From IMG/VR virus record IMGVR_UViG_3300045391_006990, positions 1 through 64,000 of that record: a stretch of 64,000 bases of DNA. One strand, written 5' to 3'. The DNA is from a virus. Position 1 is the stretch's first letter, and every line of letters starts with the position of its first letter. The notes beneath the pieces are model-generated. The model was not told where the DNA came from. It did not search any database and saw nothing but the letters and a program-made list of their open reading frames with translations. This document shows positions 28,187 to 38,300 of this stretch, piece after piece. The translations under genes and the position numbers were made by a program.

Positions 28187-29035
28187 TCAGCGCTCCACGC
28201 TGCCGTAGCTGCCTCGAACGAAGTTGATGGTTGAACCTGTTGGAATGCAGAGAATGCTCAGGCAGGCATCAGTAAGCAGCTCGATGTCCTCAGTCGCCAT
28301 CCATCGACAGCTTGAACCGAAGCCGCTGGCGTCGACGGTTCCTACATCTACTTCCACAAGCGGTCGCAAAAGAGTAACGCCCCAATTCCCAACGGTGCCG
28401 GTGGTTGCCGTGAGCTTGGCGTCGACGAGCTGTGTGACACTGTTGGCACCCGTTGCCGTGTTGTACGGGATGATCGCGCAGTTACCAGCGAACCGACAGT
28501 TGGCGCCTCCTATAGCAGCGGCACCACTAGCCCTCGACGTGCCGCCGGAGTCCAAGTAGTTGCAGGAAACGGTCGTCACCGTCGCGCCGATCGAAGAGTA
28601 AACCTCAGCGACCATGATTGTGCCTTCGCTGGCAGAACCAGTGTAGCGGGTGACAGCTCCGTTGATGGTGTTGGTAGCAGTACTCGTACCACTGAAACCA
28701 CTGATGTCACCTAGTCGATCGCAGAGCAAGATTCGCATCGCAGACCAAGCCGAGCCGAACATGGAGCGAAGCCAGCGCTGGCGCCCTGCCCCAGGATTAG
28801 TCATGCGGAACGCGCCATCAGTGGCGCGCGTTGGGTTCCTCCACGTACCGCCGGGGGCCGCCCCGGGGCCAGGTAGGCCGTCGTGCGCCCAGAGCGACTG
28901 CGCTACAGCTACCTGCCACGTAACTGCAGCGCCGCCAATGGTCGGGTATTTCCACCAGTGAAACTCCTCGGGTGTGCCGCCGTTGCCTCCAGTGAAGCGG
29001 TTCACCAGTTCACTAACACTTGCGATGCTGGTCAT
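28187..29035 (-). CDS. Virion accessory protein, paralogue 2 of 4
   Basis: 'DRLGDISGFSGT...TRYTG...TATTGTVGNWGVTLLRPL...DACL'. Confidence 0.7.
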   Translation of the reverse strand: MTSIASVSELVNRFTGGNGGTPEEFHWWKYPTIGGAAVTWQVAVAQSLWAHDGLPGPGAAPGGTWRNPTRATDGAFRMTNPGAGRQRWLRSMFGSAWSAMRILLCDRLGDISGFSGTSTATNTINGAVTRYTGSASEGTIMVAEVYSSIGATVTTVSCNYLDSGGTSRASGAAAIGGANCRFAGNCAIIPYNTATGANSVTQLVDAKLTATTGTVGNWGVTLLRPLVEVDVGTVDASGFGSSCRWMATEDIELLTDACLSILCIPTGSTINFVRGSYGSVER

Positions 29036-29871
29036 GCTTCCACCATGGCAAAGCCCATACCGAATCTATTCACAGCTACGGTGTGGGGAATGATCATCAA
29101 GGCCAAACATGCGCCCGCTTTGATCTCGGGCATCGACTCGAGGTAAGTGCGGATACCGCCGCCGCCGACCTGCGCAACGTTGAGCATCGCTAGCGGCCGC
29201 ACGATGGTGATGCCGAAATCTCCGGCCGTGCCGGTGGTAGCGGCGAGCGTCACATCAGTCACGCTGCGCACGCCCGAGTCGCCGGCTGCAAGCGCGATGG
29301 GGAACATGCGGCACTGCTCGGCGAATGCGGCGCCGCCGATGACGGTCGTCGCGGCAGGGGACGCCGCGGCGTTACCGTCCTGATCGACATAGTTCATCGA
29401 GATTGTGGTCGCGGTCGCGCCAAGAGGTGAGTAAATCTCGACCCATGCTTGGTTGTTCCACGCCTCGGCGCCCGTGTAGCGCGTGATAGCGCCGCCCACC
29501 GTCTGCGCTGTAGTGACCGTACCGCTGAGCCCACTGATGTGCAGCAGCCGGTCGTAGAGCAGCACCGAGCACTGCGCGTTGGTCAGCCAATTGACCATCG
29601 CATGCAGCCACTTCTGCCGCCCGCCCGTAGGGTCCACTTGCCTGAGCCCACCCGCCGTTGTGTTGTCAGGCACAGCCGCAGTACCGCCCGGCGCAACGCC
29701 GGCGCTCGGCTGACCGTCGAACGTCCACAATGAGTAGTCGCGATTCTGCAAGAACGTGATGGCAGTTCCTGCAACGCGGTCCCACTTGTGCATCCAGATA
29801 CGATCGCCGGCGACAGCACCTCCATCTGTGGTCAGGTTGATCAATGAATCCAGGTCGGCAATTGCACCCAC
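29032..29871 (-). CDS. Virion accessory protein, paralogue 1 of 4
   Basis: 'DRLLHISGLSGTVTTAQT...TRYTG...LAAGDSGVRSV...TTGTAGDFGITIVRPL...GACL'. Confidence 0.7.
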   Translation of the reverse strand: MGAIADLDSLINLTTDGGAVAGDRIWMHKWDRVAGTAITFLQNRDYSLWTFDGQPSAGVAPGGTAAVPDNTTAGGLRQVDPTGGRQKWLHAMVNWLTNAQCSVLLYDRLLHISGLSGTVTTAQTVGGAITRYTGAEAWNNQAWVEIYSPLGATATTISMNYVDQDGNAAASPAATTVIGGAAFAEQCRMFPIALAAGDSGVRSVTDVTLAATTGTAGDFGITIVRPLAMLNVAQVGGGGIRTYLESMPEIKAGACLALMIIPHTVAVNRFGMGFAMVEA

Positions 29872-29949
29872 TGGTCGTCTCCTTCTACTTCGCCAGGTTC
29901 GCGGGCAGTGATCTTGGTAGGTTCATGACGAGACCCATGCCCGCCTAGT

Positions 29950-30690
29950 CTACACACAACCACGGGCCAGTGCCTCAAACACTTCGAGGTCCGTAGGCGC
30001 AGGTACATGCCGCAAGGGAAGTAGCCCCTCCCTCGAACAAGCCTCGAAAGGCTGCTGCCCGTAGAAGTCAGCAGCACCAAATCCAAAGCGGATGATCACC
30101 TGGGCGCCTGGTATGGCGCGGTCTCGTCGATTCCCACGGCGGTCGTAGCAGTAATGAAAAGGAGATCCTGACCACAAGCGGGCCCCTCGGGCACGCATAG
30201 CGGCGCACCAACCAACGTCGTCGTCAGGGCGCGTAGGAAACTCAACTACGTCAGTGGACGCACCTGCAAGGCTCCCCCCGGTTAAACTGAAAGAGTCGGC
30301 CCAGCAGTGCTCCTTGCCTTTGGAGAAACGCCACAGACCATCGTCGAACATCACAAAAGACCAAGGCTTACCTACGGCAACTGCCCCTGAGGAGCTGAGA
30401 GCGTGCTCTACATCCGAAAGATAGTCGGCGCCGTAATAGTCGTCGTCATCGAACATGGCCCACGCGCCGCCACCGTTGGCACGCAGCCAAGTTAGGCCTG
30501 CGTTTCTAGCAGCGGCTTGGTGAGCAACTGCGCTCGATACGACAGTAACACCCTCCCTTGCGGCAAAGCTACCTAGTGCGGCTCCGTTCTCCACCACTAC
30601 AAGATGATGCTTTACCTTCTGCCGAACTGAGTTCGCAAGTAGGTTGGCGGCGAACTCAGGGCGTGCATGCGGCGCTATCACCGTGATCAT
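29950..30690 (-). CDS. GT2/GT-A-fold glycosyltransferase
   Basis: 'MITVIAP', 'LVVVENG', 'AARNAGL', 'WAMFDDDDYYGADYL', 'PDDDVGW'. Confidence 0.8.
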   Translation of the reverse strand: MITVIAPHARPEFAANLLANSVRQKVKHHLVVVENGAALGSFAAREGVTVVSSAVAHQAAARNAGLTWLRANGGGAWAMFDDDDYYGADYLSDVEHALSSSGAVAVGKPWSFVMFDDGLWRFSKGKEHCWADSFSLTGGSLAGASTDVVEFPTRPDDDVGWCAAMRARGARLWSGSPFHYCYDRRGNRRDRAIPGAQVIIRFGFGAADFYGQQPFEACSREGLLPLRHVPAPTDLEVFEALARGCV

Positions 30691-33600
30691 GCGTCGGTAT
30701 CGCCGTCCACCGATATTACGGCAAAGCAGATCATGTCACGCGTGCTCGCGTCTGCAGTCAACCGAAGCACGTTGGTAGTTACATCCAGACCCCACAACGG
30801 CCCTTCGTTGACCGTGTTGTCCACAGCACCAATCAGTGCAACAAAACTTCCACTTCTGATTGCGGAGAAACCAGAGGCGCTTAGGACAACGCTGGCCCTT
30901 GCTTCCAGCACGTAGGTGTAGTTACTACCAGCGGATTCGCGTGCAATAGCTTTGATGGTGATCAGCGCAACACCAGCGGCGAATGCAGCGGCACTGATGT
31001 CCGACGCCGAAAGAGTCACGACGACAGAAACACCAGCCGCTACCGTGACCGTTTGACTGCCCTGCTTTGAAATGCCAACGAGCTTTCTCGCACGTGAAGT
31101 GCCACTGCCGTGCGCGACGATGGTGGTCTCAACGCCGCCTTCACTCATTGACGCAAAACCCAAAGTCGACGAGTTGTAAAGGATGGAGCCTCCGGCAGGC
31201 TTAGCCGTAGGAGCAGTAGTAGCGTCAGCCCAGAAAGCCACCTTGTCCCCAGTACCGGCTTGCATCTGCGTCGTCGAGATGTTGGAGCCCAGTAGGATAG
31301 AAAGGATTTCGCGGTTGGTGGCTAACACCGCGATCTCCAAATAGGCGCTGCCATCACCCACAGATACGCTCGCGCCCAGCAGCTCCGTGCTGTAAACAGA
31401 GTTGCCAAATGTAAGTAGGTCGTTGGAAGTAACACCCCAGCGAATGAGACCAGCGTTGGTGGCGTTCAAAGAATCGCGACCAGTGAGCACGGTCGCGCCG
31501 TGGTACATGCGCAGGTTGCCTGAGGTAGGCAGCGGATTGACGCCTGGCATGGAAAGAAAGATGTCCGAGCCAATACGTAGTAGGAAATCTCCACGTGCAG
31601 TCGAAGTCCCGCCAGTACCAGAACGGATGTCCATCCCGCCGCCGGTGCCGTTTGTACTGTTGCCAGCACGGATAGCTACGGGCCCGCCGATAGTAGCTCC
31701 CGTGCCCGTTACATCCTGCCCAATGAGGGACAGGGTCTTGCCCGTGACAGCAGCGGTGCTGTCGAGCTCGTACTGAATCGTACCGCTCGCGACTGCTACG
31801 TCGAAGCGAACTGTCGCAAGACGCCACTCGAAAACGGTGTCGGTGACCTGCACACGGTCGGTGCCTGCTGGGCGTAGTAGAACGTTCTGCGCGTTGAGCA
31901 AAACCGAACAATCGGAGCTGTTGCCCAAAATGATCTGATCGGTCGACCCCGTCGTAAGCATATCGAGATCAGCCGTATTCGCGTTGTTGCGACCTCGAAT
32001 GATCCCGCCGTTGGAGAGACGAATATTACCCGCTGAGGCGGGGTTGGTACCAATGCTGAGCGCGGTTGGAAGGGTCACCAGATTGGTGGCGACCGTCAAT
32101 TGCGCAACAGAGGCGATCGAAACAGTGACCGGACCAGTTGTGGCGCCTACGGCAATGGTGTCGCCGTTGAGTACGGTAGCTACTCCAGTAGCTGTGCTCC
32201 CTAGCACCAGCGTGTTGGCGGTGTTGCCCCACTGAATGATCGAACGGTTCAGAGTACCGCCCGAATCGAACCCGTTCATCGTGAAGCCGTGGGGCACACG
32301 AAAGTTACCGGAGCTGGCTGGCGTAGTACCAAGCAGCAGACTGCCGGTTGTAATGATGTTCTGCGCAACGAAGTTCGGCACCACAAAGGAGCCAGCTAGC
32401 TGATTCGAAACGGCGTCGGTGTCTGACAGATCGATGGCACCCCAACCCACTACGCCGGCGAGTCGGCGAAGGATCTGCCCATCCGCCGTAGAAGAGATGT
32501 CGGCGTAAGGGCCGCCCGTGGCTGCCGAACGACCGATCACTGAAGCAGCGGTACCGTTTGCGAGCTTGGCAAGCGTCACGCTGCTGTTGCTCAAGCCACC
32601 GGTGGCAATGGTGCTGAAGACCAGAGCGGTACCTGCGCTGTTCACTACCAATACTTGATCGGCCGCGCCGGTGATGGCAGCCATCGCACCAGCCGTCGAG
32701 GCGCTGCGCCCGAGCACCGAAAGACCTGCTAGATTCGCCAGATTGGCAAATGGGAGCAAACCCGTTACCGCATCCGCATCCGCAAGGTCTACGGCACCCC
32801 ACGCAGGCACGTTGCCCGTCGTATTGATGAGCACCTGACCAACAGCAGTGCCTCCTGCGATAGAACCAGCGGCTACCGTCGCCCACGTGAGGGCACCTGC
32901 AACCCGCTGCAAAATCTGCCCATCCGCTGTAGCTGCGATGGAAGCTTGCACACCAACGGTGCCCGCAGCTCTTCCGAACACGGAAGTAGCACTGCCGTCT
33001 GCAATGTTGCTGAACGGAAGAAGGCCTGATACCGCATCCGTGTCGGCTAGATCTATGGCGCCGAACGCGATGACACCAGCGGCCCCGCGTCGCAAAACCT
33101 GACCATCGGCAGTGGATGCGATGTCGGCGTAGGCACCAATAGTTGCAGCTGAGCGCCCTAGAACGGAGGACGCTGTCGCGTTGGCAAGTTTGGCGAGAGT
33201 AACCGCACTGTTGGCAAGGCCAGCTGTCTGCACTTGCCCGAAAGCGAGCGAAGTACCTGCCGTGTTTACAGCTAGTACTTGGTCAGCGGTGCCGGTGATC
33301 GCGGCCATTACACCGAGCGTTGCGGCAGCACGTCCCAGCACCGAGAGGCCGGTGAGGCTAGCCAAATTGGCTAGTGGCAGGAGGCCGGTAACTGCGTCAG
33401 TGTCAGCTAGGTCGACAGCTCCGAAAGCAAGAGCCCCTCCTGCACGCCGCAAAACCTGACCGTCAGCAGAACTAGCAATTGACGCCATAACGCCGATGCT
33501 GTTTGCACTACGACCAAACAACGAAGCAGCCGAACCGTTCGCGATGTTCGCAAACGGCAGCAGACCTGTGACCTTAGTCGTGGACAGATCGACGGCGCCG

Positions 33601-34886
33601 ACTGCGAGCTCATTCCCAGTGATACCGCCAGTCGAAACCTTCAGTCCAGAAACAGAGGACGACAGCGTTGCGCCGTCGTGCATGATGCTGAGGACGTTGC
33701 CGACCTTCTGAAGACCATTGCCTGCCGAGATAGTGCTCGAACCGAAGTCCTGCACCGTTAGGTTGTTGGTACCAACGACGGCTGAACCCGTGTCGCTGGT
33801 AACGAGGAATTCACGATCGGCGAACGTACCCTCTTCGACGATGAAGTAGGCACCCGACACATCCATGCCGGTGTTGAAGTCGCTAGGTCGCGTCCAAGCA
33901 CCGGCATGAGCTACCCAGATGCCATTTTCTTTGGGGTCGGTCTGCCCGCCCAAGCCAGTGCGGTCTCCGTCGTTGAGGCTACCGAGACCACCAAACGCGC
34001 CGAGACCGCTGAGTGTGACGTTGGTGTTCGAATAAGCACGAACGTTACCCTTCGGGTCGAGCCCATTGATGAGCGATTGGACCTGCCCCAGGTTCACCGC
34101 ATCGCTAGCAGCCACGCCGTTGGCGAGCGAGGTGATCTTGAAACCACCCATGCTCTGACTGCCGGTAAAGGCAACCGTGCCATCCTTCTTGATGAAGGCG
34201 CCGAGGGAGAGGCCGCTGTCCTTGATCGAGGTACCAGACGTGCCGTTCCATGTCACGATGTTGTCAGCGACAACAGCCGCTCCGGGACCACTTACGTCAC
34301 CTGCACCGCCACCGCTCGGCGGCGCGCCTGCCCAACGACCGCTAACCACGGTGAGCACGTCACCAGGATTGGAGGGAGCTGGCGGCATGTGCTTCGCCAG
34401 CAATTCGCTCAATAAGCCGTCGAGGCCGGTACCGTGCCAACCGAAGTCCTGCCCATCGAAGTTCATCTCGTTGGGCTTGGCAGTCGGGTCGCCCGTGCGC
34501 GGGTCAGGCAGTGGCAGCGGCCAGACCATGGAGGGTGGTACGAGTGCGCCGTTGAGCTCACGAACCGAGAAATTGCGGATGTCGATGCTGGTCGGATCGC
34601 CAGCCCGATTGGGGACATCCCACACCTTCAAGACGATGCGAAAACTACGGCGTACGTCGGGCGTGAAGCTAGCCGCCGGCGTGGAGCTGGCGTTGTTGAA
34701 AGCGAGCGTGGCGATGGCGACCGCGCTCGTGGGGTCCGCGTACGCAACGTCGATTTGCCACGACTGGACGCCGCTGTTGTTGACGTTCGAGATGTTGACG
34801 GCGGTGCTCAAAACACCGACGAGCGCGCGTCCATCCCCACCAACAGTGACGCCCTGTGTGAACTTCAAAAGCGCGCTTGCGGGCAT
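30687..34886 (-). CDS. Long tail-fibre protein with internal repeats
   Basis: 'DAVNLGQV..LINGLDPKGNVRA...GQTDPKENGIW..HAGAWTR' fibre module; multiple 'GAVDLADTDAVTGLLPFAN...SVLGRSA...STADGQ' repeats. Confidence 0.8.
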   Translation of the reverse strand: MPASALLKFTQGVTVGGDGRALVGVLSTAVNISNVNNSGVQSWQIDVAYADPTSAVAIATLAFNNASSTPAASFTPDVRRSFRIVLKVWDVPNRAGDPTSIDIRNFSVRELNGALVPPSMVWPLPLPDPRTGDPTAKPNEMNFDGQDFGWHGTGLDGLLSELLAKHMPPAPSNPGDVLTVVSGRWAGAPPSGGGAGDVSGPGAAVVADNIVTWNGTSGTSIKDSGLSLGAFIKKDGTVAFTGSQSMGGFKITSLANGVAASDAVNLGQVQSLINGLDPKGNVRAYSNTNVTLSGLGAFGGLGSLNDGDRTGLGGQTDPKENGIWVAHAGAWTRPSDFNTGMDVSGAYFIVEEGTFADREFLVTSDTGSAVVGTNNLTVQDFGSSTISAGNGLQKVGNVLSIMHDGATLSSSVSGLKVSTGGITGNELAVGAVDLSTTKVTGLLPFANIANGSAASLFGRSANSIGVMASIASSADGQVLRRAGGALAFGAVDLADTDAVTGLLPLANLASLTGLSVLGRAAATLGVMAAITGTADQVLAVNTAGTSLAFGQVQTAGLANSAVTLAKLANATASSVLGRSAATIGAYADIASTADGQVLRRGAAGVIAFGAIDLADTDAVSGLLPFSNIADGSATSVFGRAAGTVGVQASIAATADGQILQRVAGALTWATVAAGSIAGGTAVGQVLINTTGNVPAWGAVDLADADAVTGLLPFANLANLAGLSVLGRSASTAGAMAAITGAADQVLVVNSAGTALVFSTIATGGLSNSSVTLAKLANGTAASVIGRSAATGGPYADISSTADGQILRRLAGVVGWGAIDLSDTDAVSNQLAGSFVVPNFVAQNIITTGSLLLGTTPASSGNFRVPHGFTMNGFDSGGTLNRSIIQWGNTANTLVLGSTATGVATVLNGDTIAVGATTGPVTVSIASVAQLTVATNLVTLPTALSIGTNPASAGNIRLSNGGIIRGRNNANTADLDMLTTGSTDQIILGNSSDCSVLLNAQNVLLRPAGTDRVQVTDTVFEWRLATVRFDVAVASGTIQYELDSTAAVTGKTLSLIGQDVTGTGATIGGPVAIRAGNSTNGTGGGMDIRSGTGGTSTARGDFLLRIGSDIFLSMPGVNPLPTSGNLRMYHGATVLTGRDSLNATNAGLIRWGVTSNDLLTFGNSVYSTELLGASVSVGDGSAYLEIAVLATNREILSILLGSNISTTQMQAGTGDKVAFWADATTAPTAKPAGGSILYNSSTLGFASMSEGGVETTIVAHGSGTSRARKLVGISKQGSQTVTVAAGVSVVVTLSASDISAAAFAAGVALITIKAIARESAGSNYTYVLEARASVVLSASGFSAIRSGSFVALIGAVDNTVNEGPLWGLDVTTNVLRLTADASTRDMICFAVISVDGDTDA

Positions 34887-34901
34887 TTTTCTCCAGTGCC
34901 G

Positions 34902-34910
34902 AGTATATCA
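34902..34910 (-). promoter_or_regulatory. Extended -10 element TGA-TATACT
   Basis: Upstream of the fibre gene's GGAG RBS. Confidence 0.55.
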
Positions 34911-34977
34911 ACCTGCTCCCAGCATCCCCAAAGCTGGACCGTTGCGTCAGAGGCCGGCCGCACGTACGCTTGACACC

Positions 34978-35322
34978 GTGAGCAAAGGCATTCCGGTGCA
35001 CTTCCAGCTGTTAGATCCCGAAGTCGCTCGCAAAGCAGTGGAGGGGCACGAGGACATCCTCGCCGGCGAGACCAAGAAAGCCGAGGCGCTCTATCGCCAG
35101 CACAAGCGTTGCCCCAACGGCTGCGGCGACACGATGGAGAAAAGCCACGGCGGTATTGAGTTTGCCTTCTCCGACAAGAGCTGGCTCATCCCCCGCTGCT
35201 TGATGAAGTGCCACGCATGTGGTTGCTGTCTCAACCCGTTCGACGGGATGCTTGTCGAACCTGGCAACAAGGACGTGGCCAAGATCGGTCACATCCCTAT
35301 CCTCAACCCGAACGACGGTTGA
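34978..35322 (+). CDS. Zinc-ribbon protein on the strand opposite the structural operon
   Basis: 'CPNGCG...CLMKCHACG'; coding-like bias; fills the gap between fibre and baseplate genes; start uncertain. Confidence 0.6.
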   Translation: MSKGIPVHFQLLDPEVARKAVEGHEDILAGETKKAEALYRQHKRCPNGCGDTMEKSHGGIEFAFSDKSWLIPRCLMKCHACGCCLNPFDGMLVEPGNKDVAKIGHIPILNPNDG

Positions 35323-38300
35323 TGTTCAGCACATCGGCCACGAAGGCAGCTAGGCGGCCTGTGTTGAGCGCATTTTGCGAGCGCTGCGCCTGTACTGTGC
35401 GGTCGTAGTTGTGCACGATGGCAATGAGGTCGACCGGGTTCACGACACTGGTGGCTCCACGCTGGTACGCGATGCCGTTCAAGTCACTCACTTCGAGGAA
35501 GTCGGAGGGGAAGAGGCTACGGATGTAGTTCTCCATGTCCGTTGTCACGAGCGCAGCACTTGAGCCACCCACGTACTCGAAATCGAAGCGCACGAAGTGC
35601 GGGATGAGGTGGCGCGCCAATGGGTTCGAGCAGACCACGCGCTCGGTTTCGCCGAGCATGAAGCTCTGCACATCCGAAACGATGGTCGCGCGCTCGTACG
35701 TCACCTCGATGTTCTGCCCGGTGATCTGCGTTGCATTGGCCGGACTGTCGGCAGTCCCGACTTCCAGAATGGAGCGCGAGATGTGCAACGTCGGCTTCTC
35801 GGTCATCGAGAAGGTGAGGTTCGGGTTGTCGTTCGACAGGTAGTAGCCGTCGCTGCGATAGCCCTCGGCAGTTAGCTGCTGATCGCTCGAGATGTTGAAG
35901 TGGTCACCCGTACCCTCACTCACTAGCTCGACGTCGAAGTAGTAGAGCCCGGCCTCGGCCGTGTTGGCACTCATCTGCGTAGAGCTGATGCGCTGCGTGG
36001 AAGGACGGCGGATCTCGAATCCCTCTTGCTGTTCGAGCGCAGGCATAGAAGCAGGAAAGGGTTTGTCAGAACTAATCGTGAGCGTGGTCGTCGACACGAA
36101 AATGATGGAGTAGGTGCCAGCATGTGCCGCTGTGTTGTTGGTGTCGGTCGCCGTGTTCAGTCCGAGCAGCGTGTTGGCCGAACCTGTAGAGCGCACGATG
36201 ATGGACACATCGCTCTCGAATTCGATCTGGTTCGAGCCATTGATGCGCGCGATGGTCTTGCCGACAGCGCTGTTGATTTGAGCGGCCACGCCCGCCCGAC
36301 TCACGTCGGTGGGGAAGCCCATGAGGTCGCTGGCCAAGATCACCGTCTGGTCGGCACCACCGTCGAGGCTGAGCACCACCGACTTGAGCGCCAAGTTCAC
36401 AACGGGGTCGGCCAGAGCGACGGTGCCTGCAATCGGCACGTACTTGATGACCAGCTCGTCGCCAGGGACGATGCCGCTTAGGATGAAGTCCTGCGAGATG
36501 GAGCTGAACGTGGTGCCGCCGCCCGTGCTTTGCCCGTCCTTAGGCAAGACCGTCGACGGCGCCGCCGGGATCTTCAAAGAGTCCAGCGTGGGGTCTGGGA
36601 AGTAACGGACGAGCGAGCCGTCGGCCAACGTCGCCGAGAAGAACGAGGTGCGGTTGAATTCGATGCTGGTGGGCTCGAGGAAGTAGCAGCGCGCGCTGCC
36701 AATAGAACGGGCGCCGACCTGCAGGTGCCGACGCACTTCCGGAGCGAACGAGGCCAGCTCATCGCGGATGGGCACAGCGCCAGACAGCAGTGCGGTGTTG
36801 GCCGAGTCGCCGAAGAACGTCGAGCCAAAGTGTAGGTTGCCGTAGAAGCCGATTTGGTTGCCGTCGAGAGCTTGCGCGACGTCCAGGTCGTCCTGATTGA
36901 TGGCCGGCGACACGCTGCTCCAGCCGCCCAGGCCGTCGACCGCCGCCGATCGGATGTCCGAGCTCGTACGGGCTTGGGTGTCGCCGAAGAGCCCAGTCAT
37001 CGCCGTACCGCTGAGCACGCGCGTGAGCGGGTCGAGAGGTACGATACCCACACGGTCGCCGGCGGCGTCCGGCACCACCACCGCCAGTACGGTGTTCGGT
37101 CCTAGGAAACCTGACGCGGCCGCGTTGATTTCGGCCACCGCTTGAGCAGCTGTCTTGTTGCCGGCCGTAAACGCAAACGACACCGTCGGGTAACCAGTGA
37201 TGTGGCTGTCAAACGTGATGTTGAGCGTGAGTCCGCCGATGATGAAGTTCCCGAGCGGCGTAGGCTGAGAGACGATTCCCAAAACAGCATCTGTCACATC
37301 GACCTTCACTCCACGCCCAGGGTTCTCGAAGGCGCGGCTCTGAATGTCGACAGGTCGCGCGTACGGAATGGTCGAGCCCACCGGCTGGCCCGAGGTGTCG
37401 AGCAGCTCGATCTTCGTGATGCGCACGAGCGGCAGCTGGATGCCGCCGGTCGTGTTGGGCTTGAAGATGCTGTAGTTGAGCCCACTCGCCGAAGCAGTCA
37501 GGTCGCGGTCGACCTGCACCGAATTGAAAGCAGGCAGCGCCTTCACCGTGAAATCGCCAGCATCGAGGCCGTCGAAGATGCGCACGGTGTCGCCAACGCT
37601 CACGCCGAGCGCAGAGAAGTCCACGCTGCCTGCCGTCGAAAGCACATCGGTGTGCTGCACCGACTGCAGGTCGGCGCCAGAAACGCGCGTGTCTTTGGGG
37701 TCGGTCAAGTCGACGTCGATGATGTCGACCAAGCGCCAGCGGAAGCTGCCAGCGACCACGGGCGTCGCCGTATCGAGCGTGAGGATGGGCGACGATGCCG
37801 TCACCTGCAACACGTTCAAGACGCGGTAGTTGCCAGCGTTGGGGCCGTCGAGGATCTGCAGTGTGAAGCCGAACTGTTTGGCCTCGGAGAGCGCAATGTA
37901 GGTCTCGTCGTCGATGGCGTACGTGGTGCCGAGCACCAAGTCGTTGAGCGTGACCAGCCCCGCACCCGTGTGCTCGAGGTCGACGCCGCTCGCCGCCGGC
38001 GCTGCGTCGGTGAGGTTTTCGATGACCAGAGAGGCTTCATCGAAATCCGAGCCGCGCACGCTGGCGTCGTAGAGCCCGCCGACGTGGACCTCGTTGTCCG
38101 GGATCGTGACCGTCCCCTCGGCCGAGTCGGGGAAGAGAATTCCACCTGGGATGGAACTGAGGGTGAGCTCCTCCTTCCGCAGCGACCACGGCCGGCCGGT
38201 GTAGAAAGGCGCCAAGACCTGGTCCTCGACCTCCACCGTGTCGGGCGCGAGCACGCGGCTAACGCGTAGATCGCGCACCAGCGGCGGGCCGGCGAAGGCG

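Noticed and set aside
34177-34977. N-terminal part of the 381-aa + strand ORF
   Set aside because: Antisense to the tail fibre; only the 3' Zn-ribbon portion looks coding.
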